NCBI GenBank assembly: GCA_963668645.2 | Contig: CAXXWC010000020.1 | Coordinates: 96,001 to 160,000, forward strand | Length of the DNA stretch: 64,000 bases | Direction of reading: 5' to 3' | DNA from: Desulfobacterales bacterium | GTDB taxonomy: Bacteria > Desulfobacterota > Desulfobacteria > Desulfobacterales > UBA2174 | Part shown: piece after piece, positions 1-9,656 of the stretch | Layout of the letters: every line of letters starts with the position of its first letter | Position numbering within the stretch: the stretch's first letter is position 1 | Position numbers and translations under genes: made by a program | The notes under the pieces: model-generated | Database searches by the model: none | Told to the model about the DNA's origin: nothing | The model's input: only the letters and a program-made list of their open reading frames with translations

Positions 1-96
1 TTGGCCGATGCGGCCAGGGCGGTGCGCATTCTGGCCGATTACCTCTCGCGCCATCCCGAGGCCCTGCTCTACGGCAAGGATTCGGGAACAAAGTAG
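1..96 (+). CDS. C-terminal fragment of a PqiB/MlaD (MCE) family protein, running off the window start
   Basis: Frame 1 reads LADAARAVRILADYLSRHPEALLYGK*, the typical PqiB/MlaD C-terminus; directly upstream of a PqiC-like gene. Confidence 0.75.
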   Translation: MADAARAVRILADYLSRHPEALLYGKDSGTK

Positions 97-106
97 AGGA
101 AAAGGG

Positions 107-736
107 ATGGAAAAACCAAATCGGGTGTTGTGTTCGATTCTTATGGTGACGCTGGCCGGTCTTTTTTTAAACGGCTGCACCCGGTCTGTGAGAACGGAGC
201 AATTTTACACCCTGAGCGCCATGGACTGCCCTGCGCGGGCCGAAGTTCCGGCTGGCCGGCGCCATGGCGTCATCGGGATTGGACCGGTTAAGCTCCCCGA
301 CGCCATCGACCGGCCCCAGATCGTCACCCGTACCAGCCCCAACCGGCTGAATATTTCAGAATATCATCGCTGGGCCGGAGCCCTTGACGGAGAGATCGCC
401 CGGGTGCTGGCTGAAAACCTGGCTTGCCTGCTGGGGACCGATGCGGTGGTCTGTTTTCCGCAGCAAACCTATGATGCGCCGACCCTGCGTGTGGAACTGG
501 AGGTCCGGCGCCTCGATGGACGGCCCGGGCAGGAAGCGGTCCTTGACGTCGCCTGGACGATCGTGGCCCGGTCGCCGGCAACGGTCTTGCACCGGCAGCA
601 ATCGCACTTGCGCGAAGCGGTTTCCCAGGGCGACTACGAGTCGCTGGTGGCGGCCCAGAGCCGTTTGATAGCGGCCTTGAGCCGTAAGGTCGCCACGGCC
701 ATCGACAGGGTCGATCCGGTGGCGGCAACCCCATGA
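107..736 (+). CDS. PqiC family (ABC auxiliary) lipoprotein
   Basis: Lipobox LNGC, FYTL, IGIGPVKLPDAIDRPQIV, HRWAG motifs; GAGGA RBS before ATG 107. Confidence 0.85.
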   Translation: MEKPNRVLCSILMVTLAGLFLNGCTRSVRTEQFYTLSAMDCPARAEVPAGRRHGVIGIGPVKLPDAIDRPQIVTRTSPNRLNISEYHRWAGALDGEIARVLAENLACLLGTDAVVCFPQQTYDAPTLRVELEVRRLDGRPGQEAVLDVAWTIVARSPATVLHRQQSHLREAVSQGDYESLVAAQSRLIAALSRKVATAIDRVDPVAATP

Positions 737-1611
737 CAGAGCAAAAGGTAAGACTGTATCAATCTTCCAATAATGGACAGGCCAACATGCTTTTCTCATT
801 CCAACCTGATCGCCCCTTGATTTTCGCCCACCGCGGGTGCAGTTCCCTCGCTCCTGAAAATACCCTCGCCGCACTGCGCAAGGCCAAAGCCGCCGGCGCC
901 CACGGCTGGGAACTCGACGTGCAGCTCACCGCCGACGGCCAGGTGATCGTCCAGCACGACCGCGGACTGCTGCGGGTCACCGACGTGCGCCGCCATCCGG
1001 CCTTTGCCGGCCGCCAACCCTATGTCACGGCCCGCTTCACCCTGGCCGAACTGCGGCAGCTGGCCACCGGGGAGGCCTTTGCCCGCTATGACCGCCACGG
1101 CCAGATCGCGGCCGGCCAGGTGACCGAGGCGGATCTGGCCGCTTTTCGCCGCGAACCGATGCCGACCCTTGAAGAGGCCCTGGCCCTGACCCGGGAACTG
1201 GACATGGTGGTCAATGTGGAGTTGAAGAACCTGTCCGGTCTGCCCGGCGGCGAGACCCTGGTAAGGCGTACCGTGGCGGTCCTGCAACAGATGGACATGC
1301 CGGCGCGGGTCCTGATATCGTCTTTTAACTTCAACTACCTGCGCGAGATCAAACGGCTGTGCCCCGAATACGCCACCGCGCCGCTGGTCAGCCGGCCCCA
1401 CCCGGACCCGGTGGCCCTGATGCGCGAGTTGGGGGCCGAGGCCTATCATCCCAGCCATAAGATGATCACGCCGCAAGAGGTGGCCCGCATCCGCCAGGCG
1501 GATCTGCACGTAAATGTCTGGACCGTCAACAACGCCGAGAGAATGCACGAATTGGCCGCCTGGGGCGTCAGCGGCATCATCACCGATTTTCCCCAGCGCT
1601 GGGCAGGATGA
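733..1611 (+). CDS. Glycerophosphodiester phosphodiesterase (UgpQ/GlpQ family)
   Basis: AHRG..APENT, ELDVQLTADG..HD, NVELK, WTVN, GIITDFP. Confidence 0.92.
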   Translation: MTEQKVRLYQSSNNGQANMLFSFQPDRPLIFAHRGCSSLAPENTLAALRKAKAAGAHGWELDVQLTADGQVIVQHDRGLLRVTDVRRHPAFAGRQPYVTARFTLAELRQLATGEAFARYDRHGQIAAGQVTEADLAAFRREPMPTLEEALALTRELDMVVNVELKNLSGLPGGETLVRRTVAVLQQMDMPARVLISSFNFNYLREIKRLCPEYATAPLVSRPHPDPVALMRELGAEAYHPSHKMITPQEVARIRQADLHVNVWTVNNAERMHELAAWGVSGIITDFPQRWAG

Positions 1612-1620
1612 AGCTGAAAA

Positions 1621-3087
1621 ATGGGCGGTGGGCCGCAGGATCCCGGTTCGCGTGAAAAGCGCCCGCCTTGGCCAGAGGATCTGGAAGCTGTGCTGAACCG
1701 CTGGCTCGCTCCCCTGGGTCCGGATCCGCCTTTGCTCTACCTGGTGGGCGGGGCCTTGCGGGACCGGCTCCTGGGACGGCCGATCAAGGATATCGATCTG
1801 ATGTGCGCCGGGCCCGAAGAGCTGGCATCCCGGATCGCACGGCAACACGGCGCCATCCTGGTGCCTTTTCGCAACAAGATCGATGCCCCCTGCTTCCGGG
1901 TCGTGCGGCGTGAAGACGCAAAGGATTTCATCGATCTGGTACCCATGCGCGGCGGCAGCCCTGAGGCCGATCTGCTGCGGCGTGATTTTACCATCAACGC
2001 CATGGCCGCCGCCGTCGGCCCCGTCGGCCGGCTGGCAGAAGTCATCGATCCGCTCAACGGCCGGCAGGATCTCGCGCAGCGGCGGATCCGGGCCGCCTCC
2101 CAGCGCACCTTTGCCGACGATCCGCTGCGCATCCTGCGGGCCGCACGCTTTGCGGCGCAACTCGACTTTGCCATCGACGACGGCACCGCGGCGCTCATGG
2201 CCCGCAGCGCACCGGCCCTGAGCAGTGTGGCCGCCGAGCGGATCCGCGCCGAACTGCTCGCCATCCTTGAGGCCCCGGCCGCGGCGCGGTACCTGCGGCT
2301 GATGGATCAAACCGGGGCACTGGCCGTGGTGCTGCCTGAAATTTCGGCCATGAAAGGCTGCACCCAGAACGCCCACCACCATCTGGACGTGTGGGGCCAC
2401 AGCCTGGCGGCCCTCGAAGCCTGCGAAGCGATCCTGGCCGATCCCGCAGCCCACTTCGGTTCTGCTGCGGCTGCGGTTGAGGCCTATCTGGCGGCCGGGC
2501 AGCGCTCAGCCCTGCTCAAGCTGGCCGTGCTGCTCCACGACAGCGGCAAGCCGCTGTGTAAAACGGTGAATCCCGCCTCCGGCCGAATTCATTTCAGGGG
2601 CCACGCCGCCAGGAGCGCCGAACTGATGGAGGTTGTCGCCAGCCGCCTGCGGCTGCCGCTTCGGGCCAAGTCTTTTCTCGTTGCGCTGGCAGCCCACCAC
2701 ATGCACGTGCTGGCGCTCTCGGATCCCGGGGTGCGGCCGGCCACCGTGCTGCGCTGGTGCCGCCGGCTGGGCGATGCCTGCCTGGCAGCAATGGCTCTGA
2801 GCCTGGCGGATGTCGCCGCCACCTGCGGTCCGGCAGCCGACCCGGTCTGGCGCGGGCAACATGTTCTTTGGGCCCGCACCACGGTCAGAGCATATCTGAC
2901 CGACTTCAAGCCGCGTTTCCAGGCCCCGCCCCTGATCACCGGGCACGATCTTAAAAACCTTGGTATCGCACCGGGTCCGCAGCTCGGCAGGATCCTGGCA
3001 CTGGTCCGCGACGCCCAGCAGACCGGCACCATCCGGACGCGTGAAGCGGCCCTTGATTTTGCCGCAACGTGCCGGCGCAAAGGCTGA
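1621..3087 (+). CDS. Class II tRNA nucleotidyltransferase with HD domain (probably CC-adding type)
   Basis: VGGALRD..DIDL, RRDFTINAM, DDPLRILRA, ERIRAEL, HHHLDVWGHS, LLHDSGK. Confidence 0.88.
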   Translation: MGGGPQDPGSREKRPPWPEDLEAVLNRWLAPLGPDPPLLYLVGGALRDRLLGRPIKDIDLMCAGPEELASRIARQHGAILVPFRNKIDAPCFRVVRREDAKDFIDLVPMRGGSPEADLLRRDFTINAMAAAVGPVGRLAEVIDPLNGRQDLAQRRIRAASQRTFADDPLRILRAARFAAQLDFAIDDGTAALMARSAPALSSVAAERIRAELLAILEAPAAARYLRLMDQTGALAVVLPEISAMKGCTQNAHHHLDVWGHSLAALEACEAILADPAAHFGSAAAAVEAYLAAGQRSALLKLAVLLHDSGKPLCKTVNPASGRIHFRGHAARSAELMEVVASRLRLPLRAKSFLVALAAHHMHVLALSDPGVRPATVLRWCRRLGDACLAAMALSLADVAATCGPAADPVWRGQHVLWARTTVRAYLTDFKPRFQAPPLITGHDLKNLGIAPGPQLGRILALVRDAQQTGTIRTREAALDFAATCRRKG

Positions 3088-3118
3088 ACACGGAAAGATC
3101 GCAATACCCTGCGGCCGC

Positions 3119-4750
3119 TCATCGAGCGGTAAGGTCCAAAAACGGTTTGTACGGCTGCGTGGTGCGCACCCAGGCGAACATCACCGCCGTTTGCAGGGCC
3201 GAGAGCATCACGAAGTAGCCGATCCAGGCCGGCATCCCAAGCACGGTGGGGCCGATGCGCTGCCAGGCCCAAAAATCGATGGACAGCAGGAAGATGCCCG
3301 CCAGCATCCACCCGTAGGGATTGCGCAGCCAGGCGGGGGGAGCGAATGCCCGGCCTTCCATGGCAAGATGAATCGCCAGGTAGAGCGTGAACGTGACCAG
3401 CATGATCCACACCACGGGCAAAAAGGCACCCCGGGGCAGCCAGTGGAAGTGAAACGCCACCAGCAAGGCCTCGCCGGCCAGTATGGAAGCTGCGGCCGCA
3501 AGTGGATGGACCCGCTTGAGATAGAGCCCGAAAATGACGGTGGGAAACAGAACCGCCAGGCCGGTGAAGGTCTCGGTGGCGATCTGCAGGATCGTATCCG
3601 GCGGCCGGTAGGCCAGGGCCAGGCCGCAGAGGCTCAAACAGATGACGCAAAGCCGCCCGGTCAGGGCGCCGGCCGCCGCCCCGGGCAGGATCGGCGCCAG
3701 AATGTCGCGGGTGAAGATGGAACTCAGGGTCAAAAGCTGGCTGTCCATGGTGGACATCAGGGCCGCCAGGCCGGCGGCCATTACCAGGGCGGCCATGGCG
3801 TCGCCCGAGATTTGGGTCACCACCAGGGGTAGGATCTTGTCCGCCGCCTTGCCCGCCAGGCCGGGAAAGCTGAGCCGGCCGAGGATGCCGATGGTAATGG
3901 GCATGAAGAAGACCACCGTGCACACCAGCGGGTAGCAGAGCATGATCTGCGAGAGGGTACGCCGCCGGCGGGCGGTAAAAAAGCGCTGGAAGAGCTGGGG
4001 GAACATCGGATCACAGAAAAACCAGAGCAGCATGTAGCTGAACCAGATCGCCACGGTATAATGGCCGCGGCCCCCCGGCCGGGTGAAAAGTTCCGGATAG
4101 ACCGCCAGGACCTGGTGATTGGCGGCGGCCAGCCCGCCGTGGTGGCGCACCACCAGGATCAGCGAAGCGAGCAGGAGAAAAAACATCACCAGGCCCTGGA
4201 ACAGATCGGTCCAGGCCACGGCGCGCATTCCCCCGCGCAGGGTGTAGGCGACGATGATGCCGGTGACCAGCAGGCAGCCGTAAAAATACGGCAGGCCGAT
4301 CAACGCTTCCAGGGCGTAGCCGGCCGCCATGGGCTGCAGGGCCAGGTAGGGAACGGTAAAAACGATCATCACCACGGCGAAGATCCCGCCCAGAAGCCGG
4401 CTGCCGTAAACAGAGGCCACCAGTTCGGGGGGGGTGACGATGCGGCGCTCGCTCCCGATTTCCCAGATGCGCCGGCCCAGGATCCAGAAGGTCAGGGCCA
4501 TGAACCCGGTGCCGAAGCCCATGATGGGAAAAAAGGCGTACCCATCGCGGTAGCCGGCACCGCTGGTGCCGAAAACGGTGAAGGCCGAAAAGTTGGTGGC
4601 CACCATGGTGCCGAGCAGGACCAGCGGCCCGAGGCGGCGGTCGGCCAAAAAATAGGTTTCCGGCGAGGACTTCCAGTGGGTGCGGGCCACCAGACCGATG
4701 ATCAGCACGGTCAGAAAGTAGGCGCCCAGGACGATGATTTTGACTGCCAT
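3119..4750 (-). CDS. Sodium:solute symporter family protein (PanF/PutP-like)
   Basis: YFLADR, SAFTVFGTSG, YTLRGGMRAVAWTD, LAALMSTMDSQL; many TM helices; AGGAGG RBS upstream of ATG 4750. Confidence 0.9.
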   Translation of the reverse strand: MAVKIIVLGAYFLTVLIIGLVARTHWKSSPETYFLADRRLGPLVLLGTMVATNFSAFTVFGTSGAGYRDGYAFFPIMGFGTGFMALTFWILGRRIWEIGSERRIVTPPELVASVYGSRLLGGIFAVVMIVFTVPYLALQPMAAGYALEALIGLPYFYGCLLVTGIIVAYTLRGGMRAVAWTDLFQGLVMFFLLLASLILVVRHHGGLAAANHQVLAVYPELFTRPGGRGHYTVAIWFSYMLLWFFCDPMFPQLFQRFFTARRRRTLSQIMLCYPLVCTVVFFMPITIGILGRLSFPGLAGKAADKILPLVVTQISGDAMAALVMAAGLAALMSTMDSQLLTLSSIFTRDILAPILPGAAAGALTGRLCVICLSLCGLALAYRPPDTILQIATETFTGLAVLFPTVIFGLYLKRVHPLAAAASILAGEALLVAFHFHWLPRGAFLPVVWIMLVTFTLYLAIHLAMEGRAFAPPAWLRNPYGWMLAGIFLLSIDFWAWQRIGPTVLGMPAWIGYFVMLSALQTAVMFAWVRTTQPYKPFLDLTAR

Positions 4751-4782
4751 GGCCGGATTTCCTCCTGTCTTGCAAGCAAAAT

Positions 4783-4815
4783 AAAAAAAGCCATCCCCAA
4801 GGTCGGGATGGCTTT
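4783..4815 (-). terminator. Intrinsic terminator inside the symporter 5' leader (attenuator-like)
   Basis: Minus strand AAAGCCATCCC-gaccttg-GGGATGGCTTT followed by a T run, between promoter and RBS. Confidence 0.7.
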
Positions 4816-4862
4816 CGCCTGGCATAACCTCAATTGCTGCGCGCGTCGGTTGTTGCTGCCAA

Positions 4863-4892
4863 AAGTTAGCGAACCGGGTGTGGATTTGTCAA
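4863..4892 (-). promoter_or_regulatory. sigma70-type promoter for the symporter
   Basis: Minus strand TTGACA-N18-TAACTT. Confidence 0.55.
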
Positions 4893-5043
4893 GCCGGTTT
4901 TCTTTTCGAAGCCGCTGCCCTGAGAACGGCTGGGCAACGACGCATGGCGGTTGACAATTTCAGATCTTCTCGTCTATTGAGAACCATTTGCAGCGGTTTT
5001 TTTCGGCTCAAGCCTGCCCGGTGGCAGGGAAACGAAGAATCCG

Positions 5044-5982
5044 ATGGCGTCCATCCAAAAGAAGATTCTGCTGGCAGTCGACGGGTCGGTGAGCAGCCGT
5101 GCCATGCTCGACTACGTGGGCCGCATCCAGGCGCATCTACCACAATTGACCTGCTGCCTGTTTCATGTTCAGCGCCACCTGTCGCCCATGCTGATCGAAG
5201 AGGCCGAGCGGGATCCACAAACCCGGGCCCAGCTCGACGGCATCGCACGCCGCAACAAGGATCACGCCGAGCGCATTCTCGACCAGAGCCGTGATGTGCT
5301 CATTGGCCACGGAATTGCCCCTGCGGCCATCGAGATCGTGACCCAGCCGCGGGTTCTCGGTCTGGCCCGGGACATCCTGGTGCATGCCGAAACCGTCCTT
5401 TACGATGCCATCGTGGTGGGGCGCCGCGGTTTGAGCGCCGTGCAGAAGCTTTTCATGGGAAGCCTGACCGCCAAGCTTTGCCAACATTCAGAGATCGTGC
5501 CGGTTTGGGTCATTGACGGGGAACGGTCCCAGGACGGCTATCTTCTGGCGGTGGACGGCTCCCGCAACGCCCTGCGCGTGGTGGATCATTTCGCGTTCAT
5601 GCTGGCCGGCAGCCGTTCGGTTCATGCGACCCTGCTCTATGTGGCGCCCCGCTTTGCCGATCATTGCGAAATCGATTTCGGCGAGGATTCCAAAGCGGTG
5701 GCCACGGCCTTGACCCGCACGGCGCACCAGTGCCTGGAGCGTTTTGCCGAAGCGGCCAAATCGCGTCTGATCGAGGCCGGTTTCGACACGAAACGGATCG
5801 ATTTCCGCCGGATCCAAAAGGCCTCCGGCATCGGCCGGGCGATTCTAGACACGGCCCGCCGCCAGCAGATAGGCACCGTGGTTCTCGGAAGGCGGGGCAG
5901 CGGGGGGGCCTTTTACTCGGGACGGGTCTGCCGTTACGTCATGGAAAAGATTTCCGGACGCACCTTCTGGTTGGTACCCTGA
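5044..5982 (+). CDS. Tandem-domain universal stress protein
   Basis: Two USP domains: [17 protein letters not shown] and [13 protein letters not shown]. Confidence 0.9.
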   Translation: MASIQKKILLAVDGSVSSRAMLDYVGRIQAHLPQLTCCLFHVQRHLSPMLIEEAERDPQTRAQLDGIARRNKDHAERILDQSRDVLIGHGIAPAAIEIVTQPRVLGLARDILVHAETVLYDAIVVGRRGLSAVQKLFMGSLTAKLCQHSEIVPVWVIDGERSQDGYLLAVDGSRNALRVVDHFAFMLAGSRSVHATLLYVAPRFADHCEIDFGEDSKAVATALTRTAHQCLERFAEAAKSRLIEAGFDTKRIDFRRIQKASGIGRAILDTARRQQIGTVVLGRRGSGGAFYSGRVCRYVMEKISGRTFWLVP

Positions 5983-6074
5983 ATGCAAGGCGCCAACGAT
6001 CTGTTGCCGCCCGGTTCCATTCGGAGGGAACCGCAATTTCGAAATCACCCTTAACAGCCTGCAAGGAGGATGGA

Positions 6075-6233
6075 ATGGATAAGTGGGAATGCCCGTGTGG
6101 CTACGTTTATGATCCGGCAGAAGGCGACCCCGACAACAACATCATGCCCGGTACCGCCTTCGAAGATCTGCCCGAAGACTGGGTATGCCCCAAGTGCGGG
6201 GCCGAAAAACAGTATTTTGAAAAGCTTGATTGA
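6075..6233 (+). CDS. Rubredoxin
   Basis: [49 protein letters not shown]. Confidence 0.93.
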   Translation: MDKWECPCGYVYDPAEGDPDNNIMPGTAFEDLPEDWVCPKCGAEKQYFEKLD

Positions 6234-6452
6234 TGCTGTGCGAGCGATCGGGATGCGCGCGGCGGTGGCCGCGTGCGCCCTGCTTTCGGGATCCGCACCG
6301 CTATGGGCTTGCGGCGGGAAACGAAGGCCGAGTTATACGTTGCCTCCCACCAGGAAACCGTTTATAAAAACCCTCTGAGTATTGATTTAAATTTTTTGAG
6401 GAGCGGCCCGCCCCATCGGCGGGCGCACCGGGACTACAGGTACGGTCAACCC

Positions 6453-7493
6453 ATGATTGAAAGCGGTATTTTGGTGCATCGATCGGCCTTCCGGGTCGAT
6501 CCGGATGCAGTGGCGGCCCTGATCCTCGACACCCAATCCCCCGAAGGCGAAATCCCCTGGCATATTGGCGGGAAAACCGATCCCTGGGATCATATCGAGG
6601 CGGCCATGGGGCTGGCCATTGCCGGGCATCTTCAAGCCGCCCGGCGGGCCTTTGACTGGATGCGGGCAAAACAGCTCGCAGACGGAAGCTGGTATTCTGC
6701 CTACCGCGACGGGCGGCCGGAGGATTGCACCCGCGATGCCAACATGGCCGCCTACATCGCCGTGGGCGTATTCCACTATTACCTGCTGACGCGGGACTTG
6801 GCGTTTCTCGCGTATTTCTGGCCCACCGTGGAACGGGCCATCGATTTTGCCGTGAGCCTTCAGGCTCCGGGCGGCGAAATCTACTGGGCCATCAGCCCCG
6901 AGGGGCGGGTGGACCAGATGGCGCTGCTGACCGGCTCCAGCTCGGTGCTGATGAGCCTGCGCTGCGCCTTGGCCGTGGCCGAGCAGCTCGGGCTGCGGCG
7001 CCCGGTCTGGCGCTCGGCGATGCAGCGCCTGGCCCATGCCATCCGCTACGAGCGCCACCGCTTCAACGTTACCAAGTCGCGTTTTTCCATGGATTGGTTC
7101 TATCCGGTGCTCTGCGGCGCGCTGACCGGGGCCGAGGCCCGCCGGCGCATCGAGAAAAACTGGAAGAAATTCGTGGTCGAAGGCCAGGGGGTCAAGTGCG
7201 TTTCCGATGAGCCCTGGATCACCATCGCCGAAACCTCCGAACTCTGCCTGGCCCTTGACGCCATGGGCAACAGTTCCCTGGCCGGCACGATATTCGGCTG
7301 GATCGTCGAAAAACGTTTCGAGGACGGCACCTTCTGGTGCGGCCACACCATCCCGGACATGACGGTGTGGCCCGAGGAAAAGATCACCTGGACCAATGCC
7401 GTGGTCCTGATGGCCGCCGATGCCCTTTTTCATCTGACCCCCGCGACCCGTTTGTTCAGCCACCGGTTCTGGCGCCCGGCCGCCGGCGCCTGA
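6453..7493 (+). CDS. (alpha/alpha)-barrel prenyltransferase/glycoside-hydrolase-like protein
   Basis: DPWDHIEAAMGL, Q.ADGSW, Q.PGGEIYW, DGTFW repeats, SMDWFYPVL, WPEEKITWT. Confidence 0.65.
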   Translation: MIESGILVHRSAFRVDPDAVAALILDTQSPEGEIPWHIGGKTDPWDHIEAAMGLAIAGHLQAARRAFDWMRAKQLADGSWYSAYRDGRPEDCTRDANMAAYIAVGVFHYYLLTRDLAFLAYFWPTVERAIDFAVSLQAPGGEIYWAISPEGRVDQMALLTGSSSVLMSLRCALAVAEQLGLRRPVWRSAMQRLAHAIRYERHRFNVTKSRFSMDWFYPVLCGALTGAEARRRIEKNWKKFVVEGQGVKCVSDEPWITIAETSELCLALDAMGNSSLAGTIFGWIVEKRFEDGTFWCGHTIPDMTVWPEEKITWTNAVVLMAADALFHLTPATRLFSHRFWRPAAGA

Positions 7494-7514
7494 TGGCAGG
7501 TTGCGACCCGCCGC

Positions 7515-8234
7515 ATGCGAAAAGATCATCGTCCCTACTGGCTTAAACGCCTCTGGCTGCGCTTCCAGGCCGGGTATGCCCGCCGGCGCGTCCGGCCGCA
7601 CCTGGACCATCTCGGCCGCGGCGCGGTATTCATGCGCCCCTGGCACGTGGAGATTTTCGGGCCGCGCATCACCATCGGCGATCATGCCACCATCATTGCC
7701 GCCAGCGACGGCCGGGTGCGCCTTTCGGTCTGGTCCAACCGGCCGGATCGGGGCGCCATTTCCATCGGCCACAGCGCCCTGATCTGTCCCGGGGTGCGGA
7801 TTCACAGCGCCGCCCGGGTCTCTGTGGGCAACGACTGCATGTTCGCCAACGGGGTATATGTCACCGATGCGGACTGGCACGGGGTCTATGACCGGCTTTC
7901 GATGGGTCCGGCGGATGCGGTGACCATCCAGGACAATGTCTGGCTCGGCGATGGAGTCATCGTTTGCAAGGGAGTGACCATCGGCCGCAACAGCATTCTC
8001 GGGGCCGGGGCGGTGGTGGTGCGCGACGTGCCGGCCAACGTGGTGGCGGCGGGCAATCCGGCCCAGGTGGTCAAGACCCTTGATGCAAACGGACCCTTCG
8101 TGCGCCGCTCGTCCTGGTTCGCCGATTCTGCGGCCCTGCGCCAGGGCCTGGAGGCCTTCGACCGCGCCATGCTCGCCGGCAACAGCCTGGGCCTCTGGAT
8201 GCGCTATCTGGTCAATCCTCGGCGCGGGGATTGA
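7515..8234 (+). CDS. Left-handed beta-helix (hexapeptide-repeat) acyltransferase
   Basis: IQDNVWLG..GVTIGRNSILGAGAVVVRDVP..AGNPA. Confidence 0.88.
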   Translation: MRKDHRPYWLKRLWLRFQAGYARRRVRPHLDHLGRGAVFMRPWHVEIFGPRITIGDHATIIAASDGRVRLSVWSNRPDRGAISIGHSALICPGVRIHSAARVSVGNDCMFANGVYVTDADWHGVYDRLSMGPADAVTIQDNVWLGDGVIVCKGVTIGRNSILGAGAVVVRDVPANVVAAGNPAQVVKTLDANGPFVRRSSWFADSAALRQGLEAFDRAMLAGNSLGLWMRYLVNPRRGD

Positions 8235-8264
8235 CGATGATCGTGCTTTGAAGATTGTCGCGCA

Positions 8265-9656
8265 CTACCAGGGCAGGGTCACGATCACTCTGGTCCAGCG
8301 CCCGGGTTCGCTTTTAAATTGCACCGTCCCGTTATGAAGCTCGATAATCCGTTTGACGATGCTCAAGCCTAGACCGGAGCCCCCATGCCGGATCGAACGG
8401 GACTTTTCGATCCGGTAGAATTGATCGAACACGCGCGGGATTTCGGACTCGGCAACCCCCGGCCCCGAGTTTCCGATGGTCACCGTCAATTCGGCGGTGG
8501 ATTGGTCAGATGCCAGTTCAACCCGCCCCCCATCGACATTGTACTTGACGGCGTTGTCCAGCATGTTTGAAAAGGCGCGGCGCAGTTTTTCCGCGTCTCC
8601 ATGGATGATGAGATTTTCCGACAGACGCACGTCCATGGTGATATTCCGCGCATCGGTAAGAAATCGATACTCCTCTGCAAGCGATGACAACAAGGCGGTC
8701 AGTTGAACCGGCCGGCGATCCAACCCGCTGAGAGCTTCCAGGGCGGACAGGTTCAACAGGTCCTTGACCAGCCGCTCCATGCGCAAGACCTGATTTTTCA
8801 CCCGAGAAAGATTTTCCCGGGTGGCAGACGGTGCTGTTCGAGGGTCATGGGTGCAGATTTCATCGACAGCCAGCCGCATGGTGGTCAGCGGCGTTTTCAA
8901 TTCGTGGGATGTATCGAAGAGAAAATCCCTTTGCCGCTCAAAAGAATATTGCAGCCGGTCGAGCATCCGGTTGATGGTTCTGGCCAGTTCGCTGAATTCA
9001 TCCCGGCCTTCTCCTGCCGGTAGGCGTTTATCAAGATTTTTTTCACTGATATCCTGAGCCAGGTCCTTCATTCGACCGATAGGCTGCAAAATTTTGCCGG
9101 CCACGAAACGGCTGGCGGCGATCAGGGCCAGGGTGGAAAAAACGAGCCCGGCCAAAATTCCGAAACCCAAATCCCGGATTTCTTCATTCAGCTTTTCCAT
9201 GGGCCGGGCGATTTGAACAATCAGCGCCCGGCCGTCCAGCTCAATGGCGAAGGTTTTGGTCCGGAAGGTTGTCTCTTTGTTTTTTCCCGGTTCACGATTG
9301 AGTTGTCCGTCAGCAAGGGCAACCGTGGCAATGGCGCTGGATCCGGGCTTTATCGGGGGAAGTTTTACCGCTTTGGCCAGGTCAGACCGGAAGAGCATTT
9401 TGTTTTGGGGCGCCTCGTATATCTCGATCCAATATTCTTTTCGTGGCCGGGGTGCGGCGTCAGCAGGAAATGGTTCCGATTCTTTTTGTCCTTTTATGAT
9501 GATTGCGGCTGTTTCGTACGCTTCCTCCTTGAGCATGGAGTCCAGCAGTTTGAACGGCTGCTCGATCAATTCATAAAATACGACCACGGAAAACAGCAGG
9601 CTGGAAAAGAAGCCGGCCCCGACAATAAAGAGGGTGATTCTTGTCTTGACGGTCAT
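8265..9656 (-). CDS. Sensor histidine kinase (2 TM, HAMP, HisKA, HATPase)
   Basis: DEFSELARTIN, SHELKTPL, NMLDNAVKY, GSGLGLSIV. Confidence 0.93.
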   Translation of the reverse strand: MTVKTRITLFIVGAGFFSSLLFSVVVFYELIEQPFKLLDSMLKEEAYETAAIIIKGQKESEPFPADAAPRPRKEYWIEIYEAPQNKMLFRSDLAKAVKLPPIKPGSSAIATVALADGQLNREPGKNKETTFRTKTFAIELDGRALIVQIARPMEKLNEEIRDLGFGILAGLVFSTLALIAASRFVAGKILQPIGRMKDLAQDISEKNLDKRLPAGEGRDEFSELARTINRMLDRLQYSFERQRDFLFDTSHELKTPLTTMRLAVDEICTHDPRTAPSATRENLSRVKNQVLRMERLVKDLLNLSALEALSGLDRRPVQLTALLSSLAEEYRFLTDARNITMDVRLSENLIIHGDAEKLRRAFSNMLDNAVKYNVDGGRVELASDQSTAELTVTIGNSGPGVAESEIPRVFDQFYRIEKSRSIRHGGSGLGLSIVKRIIELHNGTVQFKSEPGRWTRVIVTLPW

